From Thermosynechococcaceae cyanobacterium YX3bin19 (lineage in GTDB: Bacteria; Cyanobacteriota; Cyanobacteriia; Thermosynechococcales; Thermosynechococcaceae): a stretch of 64,000 bases of DNA. Below, piece by piece: positions 40,968 through 52,935 of the stretch. Within the stretch, counting starts at the first letter, position 1, and each line of letters begins with the position of its first letter. The DNA is taken from contig JAUJON010000002.1 of NCBI GenBank assembly GCA_030447595.1, forward strand, positions 12,484 to 76,483, read 5' to 3'. The position numbers were made by a program, and so were the translations under genes. The notes beneath the pieces were generated by a model. It worked only from the letters and a program-made list of their open reading frames with translations. It made no database searches and had not been told where the DNA came from.

Positions 40968-41978
40968 ATGGACCTAGTCACACTCCAGAGTTGGTTGGAT
41001 AACGGTTCCTTTGCTGTGCTGTTTATAACAATGCTGATTTACTGGAGTGGGGCTGCCTTTCCGGGTATGCCCTATCTTTCAGCTTTAGGTCCAGCCGGTA
41101 TGGTGATTGCCAACCTCTGTATTGCTGGCTTACTCGCAGCCCGGTGGCTCGATGCTGGATACTTCCCTTTAAGCAACCTGTATGAATCACTCTTTTTCTT
41201 AGCTTGGGGAATTACTACCATTCACCTCGTTGCCGAAAATACTAGCCGCAGCCGCTTAGTGGGGGTGGCGACGGCTCCCGTTGCCATGGGCATTACCGCT
41301 TTTGCTACCCTCTCTCTCCCTAGAGGCATGCAAGCTGCTGCACCTTTAGTACCGGCGCTCAAGTCTAACTGGCTAATGATGCACGTTAGCGTCATGATGC
41401 TGAGTTATGCGGCATTGATGGTTGGCTCCCTGCTGGCGATCGCCTTTTTAGTCGTAACGCGAGGTCAGAATGTTGAGCTTAAAGGCAGTTCCATTGGCAC
41501 CGGAAGCTATCGTCATAATGGCTATCGCTTAAAACAAGTTGATGAGCTAGTGACGGTCACGGAAGCAGCCCAGCTTCTGGGTAGCAATGGCAGCAGTACT
41601 GCAGTACTTGACCGCAGGGCAAACGCTCCCCAGGTCGAGCATTTATCACCCCAGCGCCTAAGCTTAGCAGACACCTTAGACAATATTAGCTATCGAGTCA
41701 TTGGCCTCGGTTTTCCCCTGCTGACGATTGGAATTATCGCTGGTGCAGTTTGGGCTAACGAAGCCTGGGGTTCCTATTGGAGCTGGGACCCGAAAGAAAC
41801 TTGGGCATTGATTACCTGGCTTGTTTTCGCCGCCTACCTGCATGCGCGGATCACCCGAGGCTGGCAGGGACGGCGTCCAGCAATTCTCGCTACGACAGGA
41901 TTTTTCGTGGTTTGGGTTTGCTACCTAGGGGTCAATATTTTAGGGAAGGGCCTGCATTCCTACGGTTGGTTTTTCTAA
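40968..41978 (+). CDS. ccsA: cytochrome c biogenesis protein CcsA (system II)
   Basis: 336 aa, polytopic, with the WWD heme-handling motif [18 protein letters not shown]. Confidence 0.9.
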   Translation: MDLVTLQSWLDNGSFAVLFITMLIYWSGAAFPGMPYLSALGPAGMVIANLCIAGLLAARWLDAGYFPLSNLYESLFFLAWGITTIHLVAENTSRSRLVGVATAPVAMGITAFATLSLPRGMQAAAPLVPALKSNWLMMHVSVMMLSYAALMVGSLLAIAFLVVTRGQNVELKGSSIGTGSYRHNGYRLKQVDELVTVTEAAQLLGSNGSSTAVLDRRANAPQVEHLSPQRLSLADTLDNISYRVIGLGFPLLTIGIIAGAVWANEAWGSYWSWDPKETWALITWLVFAAYLHARITRGWQGRRPAILATTGFFVVWVCYLGVNILGKGLHSYGWFF

Positions 41979-41997
41979 GTCTCTAGCTGAACCTTAA

Positions 41998-43011
41998 GTG
42001 TCGGCAACACGACCAGTTTGGACACCTCTACATGCGAAACTTCACCGAACGCTGCGGCAATGGCAGCTGCTGCCACAAAACCAGCGTTTGTTGATTGCGG
42101 TCTCCGGCGGCCAGGACTCGTTGTGTCTATGGAAGCTGCTGTTGGATCTACAACCCAAGTGGGGGTGGTGTATCGCCATCGCCCACTGCGACCATCGCTG
42201 GCGGCCTGACTCCCAAGCTAACGCTGATCAGGTTGCCCAATTGGCTCAGCGTTGGCAAACTCCCTTTTACTGTCAGGCTGCTGTCGAAGTGCCGAGGACA
42301 GAAGCACAGGCGCGGGATTGGCGCTATCGGACGTTAGCCGCCATCGCCGAAGAGAGGAATTACCCCTACTTACTCACCGGCCACACTGCCAGCGATCGCG
42401 CTGAAACCTTGCTTTATAACTTGATTCGAGGCAGTGGCACGGATGGGCTACAAGCATTAACTTGGCGACGGTCCCTTGGAGATAATATTCAACTCATTCG
42501 ACCACTGTTGGATGTAACGCGAGCCGAAACTGGCCAATTTTGTCACATCATGCAGCTGCCGATCTGGAGGGACTCGACCAATCAAGACCTGAAATATGCG
42601 CGTAATCGAATCCGGCAGGAATTGCTGCCCTATCTGCAGGGGCATTTTAATCCTCAGGTTGAGCAGGCTCTTGCCCATACTGCGGAACTGCTTCGAGCTG
42701 AGGTAGACTACCTAGAAAATCAGGCAAAAATTCTTTTGCAAAAGGCGAGGCTAGCAACAGGAGTAGAGGAACAGTACCCAAACCCTGATAGATTGAATCG
42801 GCATATTTTGCGGGAGGCGCCACTAGCGATCCGACGCCGCGCTATCAGGCAATACCTTCAGCGAACTCTGAAAACCATGCCAAGCTTTGAGCAAATTGAA
42901 AAAGTTATAGCGTTAGTTGCTGCTGATAACCGAACCAGAAGTGAACCTTTTCCAGGCAGAATAGTTGCTGAAGTTGTAGATCCCTGGATCTGGTGGAAAA
43001 CGCTTGATTGA
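41998..43011 (+). CDS. tilS: tRNA(Ile)-lysidine synthase
   Basis: 337 aa with a GTG start and the PP-loop motif AVSGGQDSLCL. Confidence 0.85.
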   Translation: MSATRPVWTPLHAKLHRTLRQWQLLPQNQRLLIAVSGGQDSLCLWKLLLDLQPKWGWCIAIAHCDHRWRPDSQANADQVAQLAQRWQTPFYCQAAVEVPRTEAQARDWRYRTLAAIAEERNYPYLLTGHTASDRAETLLYNLIRGSGTDGLQALTWRRSLGDNIQLIRPLLDVTRAETGQFCHIMQLPIWRDSTNQDLKYARNRIRQELLPYLQGHFNPQVEQALAHTAELLRAEVDYLENQAKILLQKARLATGVEEQYPNPDRLNRHILREAPLAIRRRAIRQYLQRTLKTMPSFEQIEKVIALVAADNRTRSEPFPGRIVAEVVDPWIWWKTLD

Positions 43012-43058
43012 GTTGTGATGCGAGAGTTCTTACAACTCACCTGCAACCTAATTCCTGA

Positions 43059-44768
43059 TTAAGAGGCAGCCAATTCCGGTGCCGGGGCTAATGCGATTAT
43101 TGATTGCCTAATTTCTTCAATCATTTGCTTGAGCTCATTATCAGGGTGCTGAACCTGCGACAGGCCGGCTATTACTACCAACTGCTGACGTAACTCGTTC
43201 AGACTATCCTGGATGGGTTGTAGTGTTTGTTGATGGGCATTTAGATTGCCCCGGAGCTCTGAGACTGCCCCTGTCTGTTGTTGTAAAGCTAGCTCCAATT
43301 GCTTCAGTTCACTGTGTTTATCTGCTTGATCTCTAGCCTGGTATTCAACATTTTCCTGAGATTGTTGAATCGTCAATCGAATTTGCTCAATCTGGCTTTC
43401 TAGCCGCTGCAGCTCCTCGGTCTGCTGCTGCTGTTGGAAGCTTAATTGAAGCAAAACAGGCTCTAGATTAATTTTGTTTTCCTGATTGTCTCCCAGACGC
43501 CTCAGCAGGACAGCCTGGTGCAAGTTTAAAGTTGCTTCTCGTTCTCGCAGACTTCGACGTTGACCCACCAAGGTTTCATTCAACATTTGATAGCGTTGCT
43601 GCTCAAACTCTAGATCCCCTTCAAGGCTTAAACGGTCATATTCACTAGCCTGGTTGATCCTTCGCTTTAATTCTTCAATCGCTTGTTGCTGCAGCGATAG
43701 TTCCTCTTCTTGGTCATGAACAAAATCAGACGAACTTTCCAAGCCTTGCTGCAAAGACTTTACGGTTGCCAGAAGTTCTTCCAGAGACATCTCTTCGAGA
43801 GCCGAAACGTTAACCTGCTCACCTAAGTCTTCACTGTTAGAACCCGTAGCGAGCTGATAAAGTTGTTGATAGAGTTCGGATTGAGCCTGAACGTGTAGGG
43901 CTAGGACCCGAGCAGAATCTTCTTTCAAGCTCAGCATCTGCTGCTGTAGCTTCAATTCAGTTCTGGCTTGCTCTAAAGCCTCCTGAGCTTGCTGCCAATC
44001 CTGCCAAGAATTTTCCAGCGGCTGAACTTGGCGATCAACGTTTACTTGTTGCTCCTGTGCCGAACTTTGTTGTTCTAGTCCTTGCCAGTACTGATTAAGA
44101 ACAGTCTGCTGCTGTTCTACCAGTTCTAAGCAGAAAGTTAGTTGCCCTTGAACAGGCTCCGAAGAAGCTGTAGCTCTCAAAAGACGGTTGAGTAAACCCT
44201 CAATGCTTCGAACCTGTTCTTCGTCCAGCGCGATCGCTCGCTGAGCTTGATGCTCTCCCCGCAGGTGCTCCCAGGCACCTTCTTGGCAGCTCCGCTCAGC
44301 TTCTTCCTGTAACCGCTGGGCCTCTTCAGAAGTCGCCTTAGCCTCTAGGCGTTGTTGCTCTAGTATTTTTATTTTCGCAGTTTCTTCCAACTGCTCCAAT
44401 TCTTCGTGCTGGGTCTCTAGTTCCAGCTCGCGACGAGTTAGCTCGTGACTCTGATAGATTAAAGACTGTTTCCACCCTTCTATTTCTTCTTCCTGAGTGC
44501 GAAACTTCTCACGCTGTCGCGAAAAGCTCTGGAGAATCCCAACTAACTGTTTCGCGGCTTGGTAAATGCTTTGAATTTTATGATTGGGGTTGAGCTCAAT
44601 AAAAACTAGAGCACCTGTATTAAAGTGATTAGCTTCTTCTGTGGGGATGGCTTCTTCACTAGGTATTGCACTCCAATTGTGTTCGGATTGCTGACGAGCT
44701 AAAAGTTTAAGCTCAGTCTTACCATTCATAAACCCACTTTTTTTGTGTACTTCTGCTAGATACAGCAC
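43059..44768 (-). CDS. hmpF: coiled-coil pilus motility taxis protein HmpF-like
   Basis: 569 aa. The N-terminus MLYLAEVHKKSGFMNGKTELKLLARQQSEHNWSAIPSEEAIPTEEA ... ILQSFSRQREKF matches the HmpF N-terminal pattern as I recall it. The rest is Q/E/L-rich coiled coil. Confidence 0.65.
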   Translation of the reverse strand: MLYLAEVHKKSGFMNGKTELKLLARQQSEHNWSAIPSEEAIPTEEANHFNTGALVFIELNPNHKIQSIYQAAKQLVGILQSFSRQREKFRTQEEEIEGWKQSLIYQSHELTRRELELETQHEELEQLEETAKIKILEQQRLEAKATSEEAQRLQEEAERSCQEGAWEHLRGEHQAQRAIALDEEQVRSIEGLLNRLLRATASSEPVQGQLTFCLELVEQQQTVLNQYWQGLEQQSSAQEQQVNVDRQVQPLENSWQDWQQAQEALEQARTELKLQQQMLSLKEDSARVLALHVQAQSELYQQLYQLATGSNSEDLGEQVNVSALEEMSLEELLATVKSLQQGLESSSDFVHDQEEELSLQQQAIEELKRRINQASEYDRLSLEGDLEFEQQRYQMLNETLVGQRRSLREREATLNLHQAVLLRRLGDNQENKINLEPVLLQLSFQQQQQTEELQRLESQIEQIRLTIQQSQENVEYQARDQADKHSELKQLELALQQQTGAVSELRGNLNAHQQTLQPIQDSLNELRQQLVVIAGLSQVQHPDNELKQMIEEIRQSIIALAPAPELAAS

Positions 44769-45102
44769 CCTATTAGTCCTCTTCTTTGTATCTATGCCGG
44801 GCTGCTAGACCAAACCAGTGTTTTTCTAGAAGCTATTAACCCGCTCAACTTAACTCAACCATCACTAAGAACACTTTTCTAACCTAAGTCTATGCAGTGA
44901 AACTTCAGTACTTCCAGCAATTTTCATTGATGGTGAGTTCTTGTAGTTTCATAGCTGGGATTAACTCCAAGGCTATCTTGCCCCATTTCTTAAAATAGTT
45001 AACGCTACAACTCAGCGACGAGGCATGGTCAGGAGGCCCTGGCGCCCGCATGGACGGGAAATCACCCCAGAACCCAGCGAAAGCCATCCAAGCTATAGAA
45101 GT

Positions 45103-46057
45103 TTAGGGCTGATATTTTACTCCCGTTGTTGAGCGAGGGCGATCGCCTCCTTGGGAATCGACTTGTAAAGGCTGGACCTGTGCTGAAATTCCTTGTTCTG
45201 CCCAGGTATTTTTGATTGTGGCGGCAACAGCTGCTGAGTGATTCGGACTCACCAAGGCTAGGAGGGTAGGTCCAGCTCCACTGATGACTAGGCCATAGGC
45301 CCCGGCCTCTACAGCGGCAGTCTGTACAGCTTTATACCCAGTAATCAGGGCTTGTCGGTAAGGTTGATGCAGGCGGTCCTGCAATGCTGCCCGTAGCCAG
45401 TCTAAGCGACCCGTTTCTAGCCCCGGAGCAGTAACCCTAAATGGGCAACATTAAAGACTGCGTCCTGATGGTTACAGGTGTGGGGTAAAACCTGCCGGGC
45501 TGTTTGGGTAGACAGCTCAAAGTCGGGAATAGCAACCACCGGAACAATGTCACGCGACCAGGGATATCACAGATCTCCCACCCAGCAGCCTCCCCAGTCT
45601 CCTGACCCGATGCGACAAGGCAGCACCCCCCCAGTAGGGCTGGGGTAACATTATCGGGATGGCCCTCCAAGGCGATCGCAAGCTTAAGAACGTGGGTTTT
45701 CTCCAGGGGCGACCCGGCTAGGCAGTTGGCCCCCAGCAACCCAGCCACGATTGCTGTAGCAGAACTTCCCAGGCCCCTGGCTAAGGGAATTCCCAATTGA
45801 ATTTGGATGTTTACGGCTGGCGGGGCCTCACCCAGGTGCTGGTAGAAATAGGCATAAGCCTGGTAGGCGAGATTGCTCGCATCGGTTTTGACTCGCGCTG
45901 CCTCTGGTCCAGCAACTTGAATCCTGACAGCTCCAGGGCTGGCTTCCACAGCATGGGTGAACTCAAACTGGTTGTACAGCGTCAGCGCCACTCCCAGGCA
46001 GTCGAAACCAGGCCCTAAGTTGGCCGTTGTCGCTGGAACTGTGATCAAAAAAGGCAT
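45103..46057 (-). pseudogene. thrB: homoserine kinase, frame-disrupted
   Basis: N-terminus MPFLITVPATTANLGPGFDCLGVAL. GHMP kinase motif PLARGLGSSATAIVAGL. The C-terminal piece is 45103..45384. There are at least 2 frame breaks around 45385-45560. Confidence 0.85.
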
Positions 46058-46233
46058 GGCAAGGTGACTGAGCGCTCCGCGTTCTTTAGCATAGTGCTTC
46101 TGAGACTGATCAACCTAAAAGTTAAGCAATCCAGACAATATCGGTCTTTCACTCACTGGAGGCACCCAAAATCTAATAGGCTAGTTGGAATAGATTGCTC
46201 GGGCCTTTAACTTTACCTTTTTTCCGTTGAACT

Positions 46234-47592
46234 TTGGAATTTGAGAGAACTTTGAACCGTCATGCGGCTGGCCAAGGGAATCAGTGTTGGACTCAGGTAC
46301 CCACTGTGAATTCGTTTCCTGCTAGTATCTTCAAGCTAAATAATGGCTTAACCGTAGTCCACCAGTTCATTCCAGCAACACCCGTTGCGGTCGTTGACAT
46401 TTGGGTCCGGGCGGGTGCAGCAACCGAACCCAGGGACTGGGGAGGGATGGCCCACTTTCTAGAACACATAATCTTTAAAGGAACATCTCGGTTGGCACCC
46501 GGCGTATTTGACTGGATGGTTGAAAACCAAGGAGGGATCACCAACGCCGCAACTAGCCATGATTATGCCCATTTCTTTATTACTGCTGCAGCTCAAACAT
46601 TAGACTGGACGCTTCCTCCTCTGGCAGAACTCCTGATCAATGCCGCAATTCCAGAAGCTGAGTTTGTGCGGGAGCGCAATGTAGTCTTAGAGGAAATTCG
46701 CCAAGCCTCCGATAGCCCCGACTGGCAGGGCTACCAGAGTTTAATGGAGACTACTTACCCGCATCATCCCTACGGACGTCCGATTCTCGGTACCCAGTCC
46801 CAACTAATCCAGCGATCGCCTTGGGAAATGCGTGCCTTTCACCGCGTCCACTACCAGCCGGAGAACATGACCCTTGTGGTAGTTGGTGGAGTTGAGCAGG
46901 AGCAGGCGTTAAATTTAGTGCAGCGCCACTTCTGCGACTTCCCGGCTGCCTGCGGCGAGCCAGCACTACCTGCAGATGGGGGTTCAGCCTACCTGCCAGC
47001 CCCTGCCTCCTGGAAGGCAAAACCCTCAGTGCCAGCAATCCGTCGCTGTTCCCTTGATTTACCGCGACTGGAGCAGGCACGGCTGATGATGGCCTGGACC
47101 GGACCTGGGGTAGAACAGCTAGAGAGCGCTTACGGCTTAGAGGTTCTCGCCGTTTTACTGGGCCAGGGACGCACCTCCCGCTTGGTCAGAGATCTGCGGG
47201 AACAGCGGGGAATGGTGCACGACATTATGAGTAGTTGCTTGCTGCAGCGGCAGTCCAGCCTGCTGACCATCTGTGCTTGGCTAGATCCCCAAGACCTAGA
47301 ACAGGTAGAGGCTCTGATTTGCGAGCACTTGAGGGCACTCAGCACAACCCCCATTACCAATTTAGAGCTTGACCGCTGTAAACGTTTACTGGGCAACAGC
47401 TACGCGTTTTCTACTGAAGCACCGGGTCAACTTGCCGGACTCTATGGTTACTACAGCGTGATTGCTCAAGCCGACATAGCGGTAGCCTATCCAGAGGTTG
47501 TCCAGAAATTCACGCCTGAATCTCTTCAGGCATTGGCTTGCCGGTACCTAACCCCTGATCGCTATGCGATTACCCTGCTTAAGCCCAACTAA
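46234..47592 (+). CDS. M16-family zinc peptidase (insulinase-like, active subunit)
   Basis: The HxxEH zinc motif is present (GMAHFLEHIIFKGT). The true start may be the GTG at about 46306 (VNSFPASIFKLNNGLTVVH). Confidence 0.85.
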   Translation: MEFERTLNRHAAGQGNQCWTQVPTVNSFPASIFKLNNGLTVVHQFIPATPVAVVDIWVRAGAATEPRDWGGMAHFLEHIIFKGTSRLAPGVFDWMVENQGGITNAATSHDYAHFFITAAAQTLDWTLPPLAELLINAAIPEAEFVRERNVVLEEIRQASDSPDWQGYQSLMETTYPHHPYGRPILGTQSQLIQRSPWEMRAFHRVHYQPENMTLVVVGGVEQEQALNLVQRHFCDFPAACGEPALPADGGSAYLPAPASWKAKPSVPAIRRCSLDLPRLEQARLMMAWTGPGVEQLESAYGLEVLAVLLGQGRTSRLVRDLREQRGMVHDIMSSCLLQRQSSLLTICAWLDPQDLEQVEALICEHLRALSTTPITNLELDRCKRLLGNSYAFSTEAPGQLAGLYGYYSVIAQADIAVAYPEVVQKFTPESLQALACRYLTPDRYAITLLKPN

Positions 47593-47688
47593 ATTCCGGC
47601 TGCAGGCAGCTCAATAAAACTTATTTTGGTCTGCGCTGGCAACGTTACATGATGATTCGGCTAGCTCATCAAGAAGTAAAAATCTCCT

Positions 47689-48952
47689 GTGAATCAAAAT
47701 GCTGGGTCCCAAGGATATGCTTTGCCACTGCATCGATCGCAAAACCCGGTGCCAGCCGCAATGCCAGTCCCCTACCATCGCCAGGTTTTTGGCAATGGTC
47801 TAGTGGTATTAGTGGTTGAGAATCCCGTTGCTGATATCGTCAGCACACGGATGTTTCTCCGGGCAGGCAGTCTCCGGGAGGCAGGCGGGCAAGCTGGATT
47901 GTCTCACCTGGCGATGGCAGTGCTGACAAAGGGAACCCAGCAGCGCTCTGCACGGGAAATTGCTGAGTGTGTCGAGTCGGCGGGGGCAAGCCTGAGTGCC
48001 AACGCAGCCCCTGATTACCTAGTATTAAACCTTAAAACCGTTTCGGCTGATTTTACGACCCTGCTGCGCTTAGCAGCAGAGCTACTGCGATCGCCCACTT
48101 TTCCAGAAGCAGAAGTTGAGTTAGAACGACGCTTAACCTTACAGGCCATCCGAGCTCAGCAGGAGCAGCCGATGACGGTTGCGATCGATCAACTGCGGCA
48201 GGCAATGTATCAAGGCCATCCCTATGCTCAGTCGCTTCTGGGAACGGCTGCAACGGTTGACCCAGCTTCAGCAAGCCGATCTACAGCACTATCACCGGAC
48301 CTACTTCCGGCCAGACAATCTGGTGATCAGCATTGCGGGGCGTGTCACGGTCGAGCAAGTGACCGCTTTAGTGGATCAGCTATTGAGTGACTGGCAGACG
48401 CTCAATCCACTACCGGCTTTACAATTACCGACGATTATACCCCGTCCCCAACGGCGGATTAGCTCCCAGCAAACCCAGCAAGCCATTGTCATGCTGGGTT
48501 ACCTAGCCGCCAGCGTTCGAGGGACTGACTATCCGGCTTTGAAGATTCTCAGTACCTATCTAGGGAATGGTCTCTCTAGCCGTTTGTTTGTGGAACTGCG
48601 AGAGAAGCGAGGACTGGCTTACGACGTTTCAGCATTTTATCCTACCCGGTTTGCTACTTCTCACTTTGGGGTTTACATGGGGACAGCAGCCGAGAATACT
48701 CAGGTAGCCCTGGAGAGCCTACAGGCAGAAATTGACCGCCTCTGTGCCGTTCTCCTATCCCCAGACGAACTTAAAATCGCCAAGAACAAGATCCTCGGGC
48801 AGTATGCCTTGGGGAAACAAACCAACGCTCAGATTGCTCAGGTGCTGGGTTGGTACGAAGTGCTGGGTTTAGGCGTTGAATACGACCTCCAGTTTCAATC
48901 AGAGATTGCGGCTGTAACCGCAGAAACTGCCCTTCCAGCAGGTGGCTTCTAA
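47689..48952 (+). pseudogene. M16-family peptidase (non-catalytic-type partner), one frame break
   Basis: Pieces 47689..48390 and 48179..48952 overlap in different frames, with the break near 48250. It has the M16 fold but no HxxEH motif (LSHLAMAVLTKGT). Confidence 0.8.
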
Positions 48953-49052
48953 GTACTTTACTGCCCCATATATTTCGCTGGTGGGGCCAGGTATCCTCGA
49001 TTCAATCGGTGAATCTACACAGGAGTAACTGGCTTCTGGGAGCTATTCAGAG

Positions 49053-49285
49053 CTACTCTCCGGCTCCGCTGGAACTACCCGCTCCAAGTACTGGCTTTTC
49101 TAGTAAGTAGGCCCCTTTTTCGAGTCGTACGCTCCAAGATCCCGGTTGTCGGCCCAAGATGGTGCCTTCTTCCCCAAGCGAATCACATTTGCAGGACGCA
49201 GCATCGGCATTGGTTCAGCCGTTTTTACATAGGTTGGTAGAGCGATTACCCGGACTTTGTCACCCACAGAAAACTCGCTAGTCAT
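49053..49285 (-). pseudogene. DUF3148-like small protein, one frame break
   Basis: MTSEFSVGDKVRVIALPTYVKTAEPMPMLRPANVIRLG is followed, after a shift at a G4 run, by EEGTILGRQPGSWSVRLEKGAYLLEKPV... ending at TAG (49055-49053). Confidence 0.5.
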
Positions 49286-49387
49286 CAGCTTCTCAGAAGT
49301 TCTGTACCGATTGTTCTACCCGGTTCTCACAAAGAGCAAAACCCTGCCCAGTACAATCAAAAAGTATTGTATTGCTACTTCAACGTT

Positions 49388-50260
49388 GATGCCTACTAAA
49401 GCCGCCATCTTAGACGGAAAACGACTGGCCGAAAAAAATTCAGACTGAGCAAGCCCAACAGGTTCAGCAGTTCCAGAGCCAGTTTGGGCGATCGCCAGGC
49501 TTAGCTGTACTGATGGTAGGGGATAATCCCGCCAGTGCTGCCTATGTGCGGAACAAAGAGCGGGTTTGCCAGAAGGTTGGCATTCTCTCCTTCGGACAGT
49601 CTTTTCCGACAACGACCTCTCAATCAGCACTAGCTCAGACCATTGAGACCCTGAACCAAGACGAGCGGGTGGATGGCATTCTGGTTCAGTTACCCCTGCC
49701 GGGCCATCTCGATGCGGATGCCCTGCTGCGGCAAATCGACCCAGATAAAGATGTGGATGGGCTACACCCAGTGAATTTAGGCAGATTGGTCCGGGGAGAG
49801 CCGGGACTACGCAGTTGTACACCGGCTGGCGTGATGCGCCTGCTGCAGGAGTACTCGATTGGGCTGGGGGAAAGCAGGCGGTGGTGATTGGCCGCAGCAC
49901 GCTGGTTGGGAAGCCAGTAGCCCTGATGCTTTTGGCCGCGGATGCCACAGTGACGATGGCACATTCCCGGTCGGAAAATCTTGCAGCGATCGCTCGCAGT
50001 GCCGATCTCTTAATTGCGGCGGCAGGCCGTCCTGGCTTGGTAACGGCTGAAATGGTCAAGCCTGGCGCTGCTATTGTCGATGTGGGTATCAACCGGGTTA
50101 GCGATGCTACCGGGACTCGCTTAGTTGGCGATGTGGACGCTACAGTCCAGACGGTGGCTAAGTTTCTTACGCCCGTACCGGGGGTGTCGGACCCATGACA
50201 GTCACCATGCTGCTGCATAACACCCTTTGGAGCTATAGCCAGCGACACAAAGCATCTTAA
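49388..50260 (+). pseudogene. folD: bifunctional methylenetetrahydrofolate dehydrogenase/cyclohydrolase, at least 4 frame breaks
   Basis: The sequence reads [16 protein letters not shown] ... [28 protein letters not shown] ... [15 protein letters not shown] ... [13 protein letters not shown] ... [19 protein letters not shown] ... IVDVGINRV ... [16 protein letters not shown]. It is spread over four frames. Confidence 0.9.
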
Positions 50261-50398
50261 ATTAAGTGAATATTCCATGAGAATATAGACTGAACTTCCA
50301 AGCAGGTCGTGTTTGAGCCGGGTGGAGGTCTTCAAGCGGTTGACTAACCTTGAGCAACCTCGGTGGAACCCTGATCACCAGACAATCCAAAGTAACTA

Positions 50399-51368
<970 letters not shown>

Positions 51369-51390
51369 TTAACCTATTCTCTGTCAAGGG

Positions 51391-51882
51391 GTGTTAAGAC
51401 ACCCATTTCACACCTTACAGCAAAGCGATATGCAGGATTTTGGTGATATTTTTTACAATCGGGTGCTGTTAGCAGCTCTCACAGCGAGTTTGGTTGCCCA
51501 GCTCCTTAAGTTAAGCATTGGCTTTGCTAAAGATCGTAAGGTTGACCCCCAAGTCCTGGTGACTACCGGGGGAATGCCCAGCGCCCACTCAGCCCTAGTC
51601 ACTGCTTTGGCAACTGGGGTAGGTCAGTCAGTCGGCTGGGGCAGTGTAGAGTTTGCCATCGCCGCAATTTTTGCCTGTATTGTCATGTACGATGCAGCGG
51701 GGGTTCGCCAAGCTGCCGGTAAACAAGCCCGCATCCTCAACCAAATTATGGATGAGTTCTTCCAGGACAACCACCAATTCAACGAGGATCGGCTGAAAGA
51801 GCTGCTAGGGCATACCCCGATGCAAGTTGTGGCAGGTTCAGCCTTAGGACTGGCAATCTCCTGGTTCATCGTGCCTGCTTGA
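51391..51882 (+). CDS. divergent PAP2-family membrane protein (DUF212)
   Basis: It carries the motif GGMPSAHSALVTALATGVG ... VMYDAAGVR. The probable start is ATG 51430. Confidence 0.8.
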   Translation: MLRHPFHTLQQSDMQDFGDIFYNRVLLAALTASLVAQLLKLSIGFAKDRKVDPQVLVTTGGMPSAHSALVTALATGVGQSVGWGSVEFAIAAIFACIVMYDAAGVRQAAGKQARILNQIMDEFFQDNHQFNEDRLKELLGHTPMQVVAGSALGLAISWFIVPA

Positions 51883-51911
51883 AGTCGTTGTCATACCAGG
51901 AGATGTATAGA

Positions 51912-52238
51912 TTAAGCCGTGACTAAAGATGCCAGCGGATCAGGGATTGTCTCCGAAGGGGATTGATATTCTCCCATCAGCACGTGCTCTAGCCGCAGCT
52001 TGAGAAATTGTACAAACTGAAGATTCGTGGAAACAACCGCAACAGCAGGCTGAGGGCACTGTGCCTTTACAGCTTGCATTTCTGGTGCGCTGAGAAAAGC
52101 GGGCTGCTTCACTAGCCAGAAGTCAATTGGCTTGCCTGCCTCTTGGTAGTACCGTTGGCGCTCCTGGAGTACCTCCTCAAGCGGCTCTTCTTCCAGCAAA
52201 AAGCGCTGGCTGGCTAGAACGTAGAAATAAGTCTGCAT
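51912..52238 (-). CDS. ycf54: Ycf54 (Mg-protoporphyrin monomethyl ester cyclase complex factor, DUF2488)
   Basis: 108 aa with the Ycf54 pattern: MQTYFYVLASQRFLLEEEPLEEVLQERQRYYQE...IDFWLVKQPAFL ... QFLKLRLEHVLMGEYQSPSETIPDPLASL. Confidence 0.85.
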   Translation of the reverse strand: MQTYFYVLASQRFLLEEEPLEEVLQERQRYYQEAGKPIDFWLVKQPAFLSAPEMQAVKAQCPQPAVAVVSTNLQFVQFLKLRLEHVLMGEYQSPSETIPDPLASLVTA

Positions 52239-52394
52239 AGGGCTCAGAAAACTAAACGCGATCGCGTTGGCTCCACGGTTAAAGTAATATCATTCATTAT
52301 CTCAAGAAAGTCTGCCAGACTTGAGGTAATCATTATCTGCCCTTGAGAGAATCGAACTAGGGCGGCGCCATTTACCCTTTTTTACCTATTCCTG

Positions 52395-52847
52395 CTACTT
52401 CCGGTGATGGGCTTCAATCACCGTATGAACATTACCTCTGGGAGAAAAATCACCTTTGACTGTGACGTCTAGAGGATCACAAGCCGCGACAAAATCATCC
52501 AGGACTTGGTTCACAGACTCTTCATGGGAGACGTAGCGATCGCGATAGCTGTTGATGTAGAGCTTCAGGGCCTTGAGCTCCACCACCTGTTGATCCGGCA
52601 CATAACTGATGTGAATGGTGGCAAAGTCAGGATAACCAGAGAAAGGACATTTGCAGGTAAATTCCGGCAGGGTAACGTGGATGGTATAAGGCCGTCCGAT
52701 GCGCGGATTGGGAAATGTAATCAGCTGTCCCTCGCGGATCTGGCGTTCACCATATTTCTCGCTCACAGGCTGATCAACAAGCACAGGCATCAGTCCAGAG
52801 GGCGTGAACTCAGATTCACTGTCTTGCCAGGTTGAAGATTGACTCAT
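52395..52847 (-). CDS. queF: NADPH-dependent 7-cyano-7-deazaguanine reductase
   Basis: 150 aa, unimodular QueF. It has the QueF motif VELKALKLYINSYRDR and the catalytic Cys context EFTCKCPFSGYPDFA. Confidence 0.9.
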   Translation of the reverse strand: MSQSSTWQDSESEFTPSGLMPVLVDQPVSEKYGERQIREGQLITFPNPRIGRPYTIHVTLPEFTCKCPFSGYPDFATIHISYVPDQQVVELKALKLYINSYRDRYVSHEESVNQVLDDFVAACDPLDVTVKGDFSPRGNVHTVIEAHHRK

Positions 52848-52935
52848 AATAATAAAACTGGGTATTTCCTGAACGTTTAACCGGCCCGATTAGGGCTATT
52901 TCCACAGTTCTATCTATAGCTTAAAGGCATTACCG

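Noticed and set aside
49316-50335. 339-aa minus-strand ORF, the longest single ORF in this area
   Set aside because: It lies antisense to the clearly recognisable, though frame-broken, folD on the plus strand. Its composition is rich in Arg, Ala, Pro and Ser, with no motifs. This is a typical shadow ORF in GC-rich coding DNA.
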